Positions 26,873-40,662 of a stretch of 64,000 nt of DNA are shown here, piece by piece. This stretch comes from Camelus dromedarius (taxonomy: Eukaryota). How positions within the stretch are numbered: the stretch's first letter is position 1; each line of letters starts with the position of its first letter. Both the position numbers and the translations under genes were made by a program. The notes beneath the pieces are model-generated. The model was given only the letters and a program-made list of their open reading frames with translations, was not told the origin of the DNA and did not search any database. Where the stretch lies: contig NC_087436.1 of NCBI RefSeq assembly GCF_036321535.1, forward strand, positions 28,088,001 to 28,152,000, written 5' to 3'.

Positions 26873-28119
26873 AAAACAATAGGATAAGTTTGGTAGGAAG
26901 GAACAAAGGAGATTAAGCCTATAAAATTCTGGTAAAAATTTGTGTTTTTGATTCCTGCTTGGCTTGGGATTCATACTCATGTGCCTAGAAAGATGTCCAT
27001 GTGTGAAACAATTATAAGATTTTGCCATTCAATGATCTCTGTACTTCTCTATCAAAGTTTTCTTAGCACTCCAAAGTGTCATGGTCAAAGAGAAGATGGG
27101 TTCTAATAGCTTTAACTATGTAATAGTTAGATAAGTAAATTCTATATTGTTCTTTGTTGACTAAAATTAGATGAAACATCATTTCATGGAAAGAATTAGG
27201 AGTTCAGAGTCTTAAATTCTAGTCTTGCTCTGTGAATATGTGATGGTTAAACTTGGCCCATATCACCTGAGCTCTTATAGCTTAGCATTCTTAATATTTG
27301 TTAGGTACTTGAATGAGAGTTTTGAACTACATGCTTTCAAAAGTTCATTTACATACAAGTTTACTGACTGCCTGGATACTTCACAGCAACTCAAAACTTT
27401 GCTACCTGCTGTGATGATATCATGTAATCTGATAATAATGATCTTTATGCAAATAATGCACTTGAGTAACATCAATAGATTATTTTAATATATGCATAAT
27501 GCATACATAAGAAGGGACTCCAATGTATTATAAAGAAGTAAGTACAGATTATTTTGTGTTAAGAACAATTTACCTTTAAGATAATTTCCATGAAGAAGAT
27601 AATATATTCAAATGTATCATATCATTACTTTGTAATATATTTGTTACCATCCATATTAGTCACAGAAATAAACAGAAATAAAAAACAAATAACAAACAAG
27701 AACAATTCTACTAATACTTAGAAATTAAGTTCCAATTAATTTTGAATGCATACATGTGAAGGAGTGATGGTACAGCAAAAAGATTAATATCCATACTTAA
27801 AAATCCTCCTCTTTAAATTAATTAAAGAAATTTTAGGTAGATAAAAAAGAGGCAAAAATTAAGGGCATAATGAGGGCAGCACACTTGATTTTGGCAAGCT
27901 TGAATATAAAGCTAGTCTTAGGAAGCCTAAGTCTAATTTATGCTAGTGATGGATGTAACTGAATGTCAATAACTGAAGGTAAAACTGCCTATCAAGAGCA
28001 ATAAAATAATTGAAGAGCTGCAAATTTCTAATTCTCCTCACTGAAGAGAAAAAAGAAGTTTACTAAGGGAAGTTCAGTAATCTTTTTTGCTTTATATATT
28101 TAAAATTTTAGGGTAGAAA

Positions 28120-29616
28120 GCTGGTGATGGGGAAGGGGATATTTCCCCCCTACCAGTCTTGAATTCTTTTGGCAGGTCCAATAATTAAATTGACACATGA
28201 CATTTATAGGAGGAAAAAAAATTATGCATACATGTGGAGGTCTTATAGAATTTGGATCTTCAAAATAACCAAAGTAGGCTGTTGATAAATCATTTTTAGA
28301 CAAAAAAAATAATTGTTTGTCAAGATTAACAAAACAAATGGCACGATTTTATCCTTTTCATGGCTGAGTAGTGTTCCACAGCTTCTTTATCCAGTCATTC
28401 AAACTATTATAACTTAATAAAAAGACAACCCAGTTAAAAATGGGCAAAAGATCTAAACAGACATTTCTCCAAAAAGACATAAACATGGCTAGTAAGTATA
28501 TGGAAAGATACTCAGCATCACTAGCTATCAGGGGAATGCAACTCAAAACCACCACCACCACAAGATGCCACTTCATAGCTGCTAGGTTGGCTATAATCAG
28601 AAAAACAGATAGTAAGTGCTGGTGGGGAAGTGGAAAAACCGGAATTCTCACATGTCACTTGTGGGACTGAAATGGTGCAGCTGGTTTGGAAGAGGTTGGA
28701 AGTTCCTCAAAAGGTAAAAATAGAGCTACCATATGACCCAGCAATTCTACTCCTAAGTCATATAACCAAGAGAGTTGAAAACATATGTCCACACAAAAGC
28801 TTGACCACAAATGTTCATAGCAGCATTAGCTAAAAAAAATAACCAAAAAAAGCAGAAACAATGCAAATGTCCATCAACTGATAAATGGATAGTGAAGATG
28901 TGAGATACCCATGCAATGGAATATTATTCAACCGTAAAAATTCTGGTACATACTACAACATGGATGAGCCTTGCAAACCTTATGCTAAATGAAATGTCAA
29001 TCACAAAGGATCACATACTGTATGATTCCATTTATGTGAAATGTTCAGAATAGGCAAACTCACAGAGAGAGAAAGATTAGTGGTTGCCTAAGGCTGGGAT
29101 GGCTGGGAAAAAATAGGGGGATGACTGCTAAAATGTGTAGGGTTTCTTTTTGGAATGAAGAAAATGTTCTAAAATTGATTGTAGTGGTGCATAGCTTTGT
29201 GACTATGCCATTGCATTGCAAAAGGAAAAAATGTTAATAGCAACCATTGCAAGACTTGAAAAGGTTGTATTTAATAAATCTCAAGTTTGCATCATTAAAA
29301 AAAAAGGATTTAATAAAACAAAAGGGCTTGTGAGTGTTTGGGGTAACAAACCAATGAAAAGTAACAGTTTGTTTATACAGTTTTCTTAACATTGAATTCC
29401 CTAACTCTGGTGATAAGGATACTTTCTCTTCTCCTGGCGTCAAGAGGATACCTTCACTTAAGACATTTATTTCTCACTTTCAGAGGGAAAAAGAGGGATT
29501 CAGAGTTTCTTTTTAAAACTTTCACCCCCTTCAATTGTTACTCGAGCAACTCTAATTAAAAATAATCAATATTCCACTGTGACACATCTTAGAACTGCCT
29601 GTTCTGAGCCCCAACA
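28120..29616 (-). mobile_element. ERV1 LTR (MER34/MER39-like), split by an L1 insertion
   Basis: LTR-like sequence at 28120-28338 resumes at about 29306 ('gtttgtttatacag…ctctggtgataag…gcctgttctgagccccaaca'); the minus strand begins TGTTGGGG. Confidence 0.65.
28401..29305 (+). mobile_element. 5'-truncated L1 (L1MB-like 3' end)
   Basis: ORF2 C-terminal translation (…IIRKTDSKCWWGSGK…), an L1MB-type UTR ('gaaagattagtggttgcctaaggctggg…ggtttctttttggaatgaagaaaatgttctaaaattgattgt') and an A tail. Degenerate TSD gattaacaaaacaaa / gatttaataaaacaaa. Confidence 0.85.
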
Positions 29617-31698
29617 CTACCATTTTTATACCAAACTTATTTAAACAAAAGTTGAATCATAACTTCTTAATAAGATTTGATACCTAATTATAAAGAATAA
29701 ACAATAACTTTATTTAAATCAAAACATAATATTAAAATGCAATTATACATTTTCATTGGACTGACTACAAATATGAACATAAATAAACCACTTAAGCTTT
29801 TTTTTCTTCAGTTTCAAGTAAATGATTAACAGATCCTAACATTATACTTCAGTAAAAGAAACATTATATGGGTTTAGGAGGCAAGAATAAGATCAGTGTT
29901 GTGTATATACATGAGAAACATAATAGTAATATTGGGTAACTAATTAGAATGGCTTTTACAGAAAATGTGTATTGTGTATCAACTTGCAATTGGTACATTC
30001 TGTGATTTTAGTTGCTGTCAGTTGCTGTGAGAGGTCAAAAGAAGTTCCACAGGCTTGTCAAGTCAGAATAGGCTCCACCTGCCACACTGTGATTCTTCCA
30101 TAAATTACATTCCTATCGCCTCCTGAAACTGCTCCATTTTGTCTCTAGGCTGCATTTCTCAGAGAGTGTAGTTCAGATAGTACATCTGGCTCTTTGCCCT
30201 GGATGCTGACCAGTTTGCCTCTGTGACATTAACCTGGTGCCTGAGAGTCTGAGTGTCAAGAAGGTTGACTCATTTACAGTTTTCCATTATGTAGCTCTAA
30301 CATTTTATGTTGTTTCTTAAATAATAGATGCAGCCTAGCTGGCTTAGCCATGGCAGACATGCAGCTCATCTCCTCAGTGGCTGTGGAGCAACGAGCTTCA
30401 TTGTGGCTTCCCGGATACACAAATATATTTTCCTTTATTTCCTTATTTTCTGTTTAACCATATGTTTCAGAAGAAGGCTGGAAACTCCACAATTAGAAAG
30501 AGCACCTCTTCTTTTCTATCCTATAAGGATATGCATATGTGAACAGGAAATTCTTCTATTTTGGTATATTATGAGACAATTTATTAAATCCAGTATATTG
30601 CATTATTGTACATAAAATAAAAAGCTATAAAAAGATGAATTATTCTATAAACATAACTGATACTCTTTTTTTTCTGTAGTGTATTAGCAAAGATGTGATT
30701 ATAGTATGAGGCAGGAGTTTTAACAAAACATGGCAGAAATTTGGATCCAGAGGCTTAGTATATTTCTGTGTGTTTGTATCTGTATCAGATAACTTTAATT
30801 AATCCATAAAATCCCCAAATCAACAAAATAACAACAAAATGGAAAATATTTTATGGAAGCAAATAGTCAGTGATTTAGTTTTGTTTTCATTTTGATCATA
30901 ATAATAACCATGTTTAGACTGCTGAGCTAAGTATGTCTATGCGTATATTCTCTAACTTGAACTTAGTTGAATTAATCCTGAAAACAAGGCATATAAGTGT
31001 TAAGAAAAGGCTGATTTGTCTATGGAATATATATAATTGTTATTGGTATAACGGGGGAAAAAGGATTGAGAATTCAAGGACTGTCTTATTTTAAGGCTAA
31101 CTTTTAAAAATCTCAATACATACTCTCTTGTCCAATCAGGATGGATATGTATATGTAGGAGAAGCGAACACTATATTTCTTTAGCAGAAATATAATAGTG
31201 TTGTGTTGATCATGATTTTAAAAATTTCTATAAATAATGTGACATAAGTGGACAGAACAGTAAAGTATTTCTTCTTTAGTAATTCAGCTAGGAGTTGACA
31301 TATCTCTAAGTATGCTCCCCATTAGTCATTACTTCATGTCACTTTGGAAAATGTGCCTGAATACAAGAAGCTATTTTTCAATAAGACATTCAGCTATCAA
31401 CACTTATTTTATTGTAATTCAGGTTCCTTTGTCTTTTAAGGAAATTGCTGTTGAATTATAGTCTTAGACCATCTCTAATAGCACAGTTACTAAAACTGAC
31501 TTTTCATACATATTCATAACTAAAACCGTAAAGACCCTTACAGATTTCAAAATGACGCGTCAATCAATGCCAAAGATTCTTGCTTAGCAACACAAAAAAG
31601 AGAAAGTGTAGCCTAATAATTTCTTTGTAAAACACTTACTGTGCATTTTTATGCAAAACATTATCAAAAAACAATTTTTCTTATGCATATATATAAGT

Positions 31699-31720
31699 AC
31701 ACACACACACACACACACAC
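31699..31720. repeat. (AC)11 microsatellite
   Basis: Read directly from the sequence. Confidence 0.95.
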
Positions 31721-33079
31721 AGCTATCACAATGCTGAGAAACAAGCAAAATGCTCAAAGAAGGAATAATTTATGCAGCCGTCTGCCCTTCAAAGTCAACA
31801 CTCTTCCAGGCAACTAATAAGAGTTCTGAAGGGAAAAACTAATACAGCCCTAAGCCAGGATATTGTTGAACTTGATTTCGCCCAAAATATTAGGCAGCAA
31901 TGTAATTATATGGTGTTCCATATTGTCTCATGATCTCTAGATAACACACTTTTCTCACTTATCAACACTAAAACCCAAACCTAATGGAGGAAATTGTAGA
32001 TTAAAGAGTCCTGTGTTGAAACCCTATGAAAGAAATTTCTCTATACAAAATTGTTTACTTTTCTTTTCCAAACAGAGGCAAAATGAATGAATGCAAAATC
32101 CAGCGTAATAGCAACAACAAAGAAATAGCACTACAAAAAAGAGAAATACAGGTGTTTAACAAACCTTCATCTTATTAACAACATTAATGAAATATCTGTT
32201 GAAAAAAACCTGACCATCTTATTAAATAACATTTTGAATGTTCTTAATTTTGATTTTTATATCGTATTATATATACCAGCATGGAAAAAGCTTAAAAGTC
32301 ACTTTAATAACTTTAAATATGAATACTAAACATACTTTTAAATCTTTACGAGTTATTTGCAATAGTTCTTTTCTCTCACAAACTGTGTACATTTTTTTTA
32401 TGGTAGATTTTAAAAGAGGATTATGAATTCTGAAATATTTCATTTCAGAGATAACTGAATAATTTCAAACATTTTTAATAATGCCTCCTTACAACAGCAA
32501 GGCATAATGAAAAGTAGGCAATGTATGATGCTAGACAGCAAAATTCCTTCAACTTTGCTCCATCCAAATATCTTTGGTTTGTTTACCTTGCTTTCCTTAA
32601 TGGTTACAGATTTCTTTCCTAGATCAACTAAAGAGATGTTACAAGGCTAATTTTTCTAGCCTGTGTTTTTAATCATAATCCTTTTTAGCTGCTCTGCTAG
32701 CCTACAAAAACTTCAAATCTTCCCTTATGTAAAACCAGAAATCAGTTACTACTATTACCACCACCACTACTATCAACAACAACAAACCTGTGCCTCCATT
32801 CTACCTTGTCATCTAAGCAGTCCTCTTAGAGCTAGCTCTTTATTTAGGGCTTCCCTCTACCTGGAATGCCTTCCATCCTGCCATCCTTCAAGGTTCTTTC
32901 TAAATATAACCTTCTCTCTTATTCTGTCACATGTTCTTTCATGAAGGATATTCAGACTAATCCTGGTGCTCTGCAAATCCATATCCAGATCATTTTTGTC
33001 TTGCTGATGCCTCAGATAGAGTCCCAATGTCTACCACATAGAGCAAACAAGCATTGGAACTGGCAAGGGTTTTAGAAAT

Positions 33080-33220
33080 TAGCTCATGTTCATTTTGTAA
33101 ATAAGAAAATCCAGAGCTTGAAAAATGAAGTGAATTTCTCAAAGTCATGTAGATAATTAGATTGAGCTGAATCAGAACTCATGTTTTCTGACAAGTGCAG
33201 GATTTTTTTTCTTCCTGACA
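33080..33220 (-). mobile_element. MIR fragment
   Basis: 'cattttgtaaataagaaaatccagagc…gaagtgaatttctcaaagtcatgtagataattag'. Confidence 0.55.
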
Positions 33221-34844
33221 TCATTTTGCTTTGTTCCCTGTGTTGAATGATCTTAGATCACAGCACAAATTATACCATAATAAACGTTAATTATATCTTA
33301 TAGAATTAGATGGTACTCAAAACTATACACTAGAGGATGTTCCATGGAGGCAAAGATTCCTTTTCCATGACTTTGTAGACCCTTTATCTTAAACTCAGTT
33401 TGCAAACTCTAGCGAGATGGTCAATCCATTTTTCTTTGCTGTCATCAACATATCTTTTAATTTCAAATATAGATAAGATTTCCTTCTATTTAAATGTATT
33501 TAAAACTGAGTGTTAAATACCTCTGAAAATGTAAAATACTGTGATCAGTAAAGTTATTTCATCATTTTGTCAATAATTATTTTCAATTATTTATTCAAAA
33601 TTGTTTTGAAGGGATTTTCCATATTTATGTGACATTTGATAACTCATCATTGGAAAAGAGAAATTTCTTGTGGTCTCCAATATAATTTTTTCTCCCATGT
33701 TATAGTTAGTTAACTTCCAAAGACATGAACAATTAGAATGAACACCTAGGCGCTGGTAGATACAAACTTTGCTAATAATTTTAGGTAGTATCACTTGGTG
33801 GTTAAAAAATAATTGTACTATTTATGAGACAAAATTCTATCTATTCAGCAGTATCAGTGTTTACAGACCAAATCCATTTAAAATGTGTATCTATCTGCTG
33901 TGATGTATAACCAAATTGTGTACTGCAATGCACAGATGTGCATGTATAGAATTCACATATAAATAAATATCAAATGCTGAGAAGTACCATTAGATGTTTG
34001 TTTTCTCCCCCTGGGAAATTTCAACTTAACAGACTCTGTGACAAATATATTCTATGCATATGCCCTTTCTTGGTATACAACATGTAGCAGGTTTAGGTGA
34101 AATGAGTGTTGAAAGTACAAACATCCCAGAAGAATTATATTCACACCTCAGGGAATCCCTATGGAACTGGGTAAAGGCTGAGATTTGAAAAGAATGATTC
34201 ATTTTAACTAAGAAGTTGTAGTGTTTGAATACAAATCATATTTATAATAGTTTTCAGATTTGTGCCTTTTTAAAAAAATTTAATATTGCAGTTTTAATGT
34301 GCAACAGCAAATAATTATGGATATGTTTATATTAACTTGTAAGTGAATAAAATGTAATTTTGCCTTTTGAATTTATTTTATAACTCATCATAGCTCAAAA
34401 AACATTCTAGTTTTATTGTGTTCCATTTACTTATTTCTGTATTTGTAACTTGTCCAAACTGTTTATTAAATTTCATATTTTCCATTGTGACAGCCATTGT
34501 AAATACTCAAAATTCTTTTGACTAGGGATTTAAAATCATTCTCTCTCTGTCCCATCTGTCCTCTCTATCTGTATACCTATCTGCCTCTCTCACTCCCTCC
34601 TTCTAAAGACACATAATGCTCTTTTTTTTTCCAGTTGTAAGGAGTAAATGCAGCTGGAGTACTAGGAGTACTAAGGTCATTTTGTGTAATAATTCAAGAG
34701 GCCAGTATTATTTCATATTTCCACATTTCTCCAAGGTAACTTGGGCAGAAGTGAGAAAAGAATTCTCCTTAAGAAATGCAAAGACATGAATTATTTACCT
34801 ATCTACTAATTTAACTGCAGAAACAGAGTATCCTAATTTCTACC

Positions 34845-35320
34845 TGTCAAGAACTAAAGGGTCTGAAATTTTTTATCCTGCTTACAAGCTAATAAGCTAG
34901 TTTGTTACTACTATTCATGGACATTGGGAGAAGACACAAGACTACTGGATGAGAGACAAAGGACTTTATAAGTCACAGCCAGAGCAGTAGCTGGAGCTTC
35001 ATGGAGGTCTGTGTTGGTCCCACCTGTCCCCCAAGTTCCACAGAGGTGATGCAAAGGGCCCATCAAGGATGCTTACAGATGCAATAAGCTGTGTTAAAGG
35101 AGACATGTGAGCTTGCTTTTTTCCTTAAGTGGAAACAAGTCTGCTCTCTGTCCGGGTTGCGCTTGGGAAGTGGGGATTTACTTAATCTCTCTTTTACTTG
35201 CTGTAAACTCAGCTATGAGAAATGCTCTGGGTAAAGGTAATCAGGCTCTTGCATTCTTGCTATGTCAGTAAAGATGTAAAGGGGTGTTCAAGGTCCATGG
35301 CAGTTGCCTCTCTGAGCCCT
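34845..35320 (-). mobile_element. Solo ERV-L LTR, same group as 23950-24415
   Basis: 'tgtcaagaactaaagggtctgaaattttttatcctgcttacaagctaataagctag…gagacaaaggactttat' is the reverse complement of the same LTR 3'-end type. Confidence 0.7.
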
Positions 35321-36954
35321 TCCTTACTAATTTCTGTTAGATTTTAATAAAATTTAAAATCTATAAATTCTTAAAATTCATAATAATGAAACTCAAGATA
35401 AATTCAGGTCTTTTAACCTGCATGAAACAGGTTAAGAAACTTTCAGGAACATGGAACTCAAACCACTCTAGAAATGATTCACTGTTATTGAGGTATTAAG
35501 AATTAGCTATAATTTTTTTTGCCTAAGTAAGAAGAGGAAAATGCAAATAAAGACCCAGGAGGTCATTGTCAGGAAGAGATTTGTTGGCACCATTCTGAAC
35601 TCAAAGAAATGTTTCCAGTATGCCTTGTACATACCAACACATAATGCTGTAGGCTATATAGTCAGAAGATGATTAAAGCTACTGTTTGTTAAGTAGTTTT
35701 TTAAATGGTTTTTAAAATATGAGGTATAAATAAATACTTTAATGTGCTTATCTTTTAGAAAGGTGAGAGAGTAAAGATATTTGTCTTTGTAATAGTCTAT
35801 TATTGCAGTCTAATTCATTAGAAATATGTGTGTGTGCAAATGTATCTTTTCCAAAGAAATACTGTTTTTATTCTCTTACCGAAGAGTTTAAACAGCTTAA
35901 CATTACCTTAAGGCATCACTATTTTTTTATGCCGTTTTCTAACAAAACACTAAAGCAGAGAAAATTAACTTTATTCAACACTTCTGTCTTTAAAAGGATA
36001 ATGATTTCATCTAGTTAAAGCTGTCTTAGGCTTCTTAGTTTATTTCAGGGAAGAAATTGCCTGCTCACTCACGATAAGATAATTTGTCACCTCGGAAATT
36101 AAATTACCCACCCTGTTTACCTGAGGATTCGTGCTGTATAATACCTGTTTGTTCTATTACTACCTTTATATCAGAATGTACTCAGTTCTACAAGAACACG
36201 TGTTATATAATCAAAGATTGTAAGAGAAACTTAAATAGAACACAAGTCCTGCTCCATAATCTAAATTGTACTTGATAGATATACGATAAGAGTTTAATAA
36301 ATCTCAAAGAAGTATCCATCTGATGTTAGGATCCCCTATGCATTAACATGTCTCTAAGAGAAAAAAAAAATAGTTTATTCTACAATATGTTGACTAGATT
36401 CTAGTTTAAAATACATAACATTTTCTAAATTTTTATTTTTGGATTTTTGTAACATTAAATAAATAGAGCAATAGGAATTGTTTTATTGAATGGACATATT
36501 GGAGATCTAGCTGTAAATACCTCCAATTTTTAAAACAATGCTTCATGTCTCTCTCTGAAGTTTTATAAAATGTTGAAAACCTTACTTATCCTCCATTTCC
36601 TTACAATTTAGAAATTTAGATATTAAAATGCTTATAATTGCTTGCTTTTTAAATTTCATTTTGGAAGACATGATAAACATCTTTTATAGATGGTATGGTT
36701 CTCAAAATTTGCTGCAGAAATAGATTTACAGAAAATAGCTTTTTAACTAAAAGTGTTTTTTAATAGAAATAGTTGAAGATGTTTAATGGGCTAAATAAGC
36801 AGGAAGTTTAGGAAATAAGGAGTTAAGAGAGTTATTTTACCCCTTTTCTATGGGTAACAAAGTTTTATGGAATATGTAGAGAATATCTCTTTGTGATAGT
36901 CAGGAAATGTGTAACTGACTAAAGGATTAAGAGTTAACTCTGTTTTTGATATGA

Positions 36955-37392
36955 TGATGTTCTAGGGAAAACTATTCCTCAAAAATTCATTTGTCAAAAT
37001 CCTAACCTCTAATACCTAACAATGCAACAATATTTGGAATTAAGGTTATTGCAGACGTAATTATCTAACATAAAGTCATACTAGAGTAGGGTGGGTAACT
37101 AATCCAACATGACATATGCCCTTCTAAAAAGGAGAAACTTAGAGACAGATACACACACAGGAAGAACACTGTGTGATGTGCCTAACAAGTCAAAAAGTGT
37201 CAAAGATTGCCAACAAACCACCAGAAACCAGGCGAGAAGCATGGAACAGATACGCCCTCATAGCCCTCAGAAGGAACAAATCCTGCCAACACTTTGACCT
37301 TGGACTTTGAACCTCTGGAACCATGTGACGATAAGTTTCTATTGATAAAGTGACCTAGTTTGTGATACTTTGTTACAGCAGTCTCCCTAGGT
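36955..37392 (+). mobile_element. MaLR LTR (MLT1B/C-like)
   Basis: 'aatatttggaattaaggttattgcagacgtaatta…ccctcagaaggaacaaatcctgccaacactttgaccttggacttt…gatactttgttacagcag'. Confidence 0.85.
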
Positions 37393-40300
37393 AGTAAGTA
37401 GTAATTGCTTCCTCTTTGGGGAAAAAATATAATGTCATATTTGTATATCATTTTCTAGGTTACATGGTGCTTCCCATATGTTTCTACACCTGATCTCACC
37501 TCAGAATGATATTTTGATGTGTTTAGACCAGGTATGCGTATCCTGATTCCACACATAATGATACTGTTACTCTAACAATTTAGGAGGACTGCCGATGTAA
37601 CAGACCTAATAGAAAGTGCAGGGAGGACTTGAAACTAGGTTGTCAACCCAAATTCTATGCTATTTCTTAAATCAAACAGGTAACATAGTTTTTTAGTATA
37701 ACTGTTATTTATGTGATTTTTTTTCTACCTACATCAGAGAAAACCTCCCATCATATACCAAGTGTTCCCCCTAAGGTAACTGATGGTATAGAATAAGGTA
37801 ACCTGGATATCTAATCATCTTGGCAACTATTTTTCTCCATTTACGTCAAAACCTGGCATTCTAGTTATGATTAATTTTCAATATATCCCATATTCTGGGA
37901 AAGGAAAAAGTAAAGAACAAGGTGGTCTGAGTGACTACTCCTCAGCTGTTATATTTTACTTCCTTATCAATGTAGTAGAAAATGCTTAAACAACAAACAT
38001 GGATTTTGTGCTAAGAGAAAACTGCTCTTGACAGCCTGGAAAATCAGTCCTCAGAAATACAAGGATGAGAAAATCCTCTTGTTTGTGGAAAATTCAGAAA
38101 AGGAAAGACTCCTTATGAAGATCAGCCTTGGTAGATGACTGAACTTTCCTCGTGATCACTCTGCTTATTCTGTTCCTTTTCCCCCCAAATAACTACAAAG
38201 TTTCCTGTATAATTATTTCTATATACATGATTTTAAAATGTTCTACATGCAGAAATTCCAAGAATCCATCTGGCAGTTTTCATGATTATGTAAAGAGAGG
38301 CGAAAGGAAGAAATTCTTTTAGAAATAGGGAGTGTGGAGATGTTAAATAAGATGGTACCTGGAAAATGTCCATTGGGTTTAACAACATGGTAATCACTGA
38401 TAAACAAGAGTGTACATGGCAATTGTAGCTAGAAGAGGACTTTCAATTACTTTTACTGATACCATATCTTGAACGAATGCAGTTATAGCAGTTTTCTTAC
38501 AAATTGAATATAACTATTCCAAGTGTTTTTAAAAGTATATAATATATGAAAGGGCTTCATATTTTGTATCTAGACTGTGATCTAGAAGACAACCTGCTTA
38601 ACCTTTTCCCTATCCTAATCCTGACTTCCACAATTAAGTTTATTAAAAAGGAACAATAAGCCTCTGAAAAGTTAAATATTGGCTTCAAGGCGACACACAA
38701 TTAACTCAGATCACTGTATATAATAGAATGCTACATTTTCATGATTAAAACTGACCAACTTGTTTAAATGCTTTTGTTTCTTTGTTGAGCTAAACTTAAT
38801 GGTATGATAAATTTTCATGAACTACCGTCTCTAAGACACTTTGTCAACAATGATTCTCAAGGTCTTTTTGGCAAGGTTAGGTAGCTGATGTTATTTTAAG
38901 GAAAAAAAAAAAAACACTTTGGAAACCTTTGAAGGTTACTTTTAGAAAATGGAAAACTATCTTGCAGACCATATTTATTTTCTTTTCTCTTAACTTTCAG
39001 AGACTTTTGAGCCTATTTCCAGCTCGAGGTTTTTGTTTGTTTGTTTGTTTTGCCTTTTATTCCATTCAGGTGCATTGAAGCATTTATTCCAGACAAATAA
39101 TCTTATTACTTAAGTTTACTTTTTAACATTTTAAATTTCTTATTCTCCAAAATATTATTTATAAACACTTGTATGTCTTTCTAAAAACAGGTGTAGTAAC
39201 CATCTTAAATGAAATTTAACAGCTATATCTACTTTTTGGATTCCATGTCTGTCTGTTCTTCTCTGGAAACAAAGGCAGTTCCTTTTGAATCTAAAAATTT
39301 AAGTATAATTTTTTATTTTACCTACAATGGAATATAAAATCTGACTCCTGCTATTTATTGGCTTGATATTTTTTCTGATTTAATTCATTAATTTAAAGTA
39401 TGCTTTTCTAAAATTTTTCAACAATATCAGTATTTCAAAGGCTTGAAAATAAACTTGACTGAAAACATATGTTTTTTTAGTTCACTAGTTAATACTTTTA
39501 TCAAATGTCTTATAAATAATTATTAACATTATTATATATCTTTAAAAATTTCAAAATACTTCTAAATTTCCCCAATTCATGAATATAAATATTAATGAAA
39601 AGGTGTATAGGTTGTTACCCTTCTGTATGCCTTTGTGTCTGCTTATGTCTATTATACTGGGATACCCTGCAATTAGGGTTTTTATATCTTTGAAGAATTC
39701 TGGCATGATGTTTGTCTAAAAATTAATCACTTGCATGGAATCCTTAGCAAATGTGAAGTTTACTTCTGGAGAGCTTTACAGTATCTGTTCACTATATTTT
39801 ATTTAATTTGTAAAAAACAAAAAATCCTAATCATATAGGTCCCTAAAGTATTATAAACTGTGTGCTACTTTTTGAAGATAAACAAAATCTTGGTTTTTAG
39901 CTTATTTGCCTTAAAATATTTTTCTAAAAACACACTTTGAGATGATTGATTACAGAAATTTAGTGCATATATACGAAGTATGAAATTTAACATCATATTT
40001 TTCATTTTCAAAAAATAAAATGTTTTTAGTATCTTGACATGAATAATTATTTGGAAGCAGGAGAGACGTCTAGTTTTATGTGTTCAAACTAAGATTCCTT
40101 TGCTAATGGAGTTTTATCATGTCTTACTAAAGTTTCATTTTTAATTTTATTTCAACGGGATTTAAAAAAAAAAGTCCTACCAAATCTCTCCAAAGAACAA
40201 GTTTTTCTGGAAAGAATAAATAGCAAAAAGCTACTGCTTTCAAAGTAAAAATAACATAAGGTTATAATTACATTCTATTATAATGAGCTTTTCTTTTAAC

Positions 40301-40662
40301 TCTACAGGTTAAATGTGAGTAATGAGTAGTTTAAAAAATAGCAAGAAAACAATTTAGCTATTTATTCTGTGCTTATAAATACTAAACAAACATAAAATTC
40401 ATTAATTATATGATAGAATTTAAAGAATGAAAGCCCAAAATCTTCAGACATTTTCCAAACATTTTTACAATCCTTATATTCATTTTAATAACCATACTTT
40501 CTTCTATACATTAGCTAACTCTCAGAAAGATATAATATAGATTCTATGTAGATTTCAGGATTTAATTTTAGTACCAACTCACTAACTCTTACTGCTCTGA
40601 TGTGTCATTTTTCATGTATAATTTATCAAAATTTAATTTTTTCATTTTTAAGTTTCTATATT

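Noticed and set aside
34635..34735. Plus-strand 101-nt AG…GT segment with one open frame
   Set aside because: The donor is weak (gtaact), there are no partner exons on that strand, and the peptide is unrecognisable.
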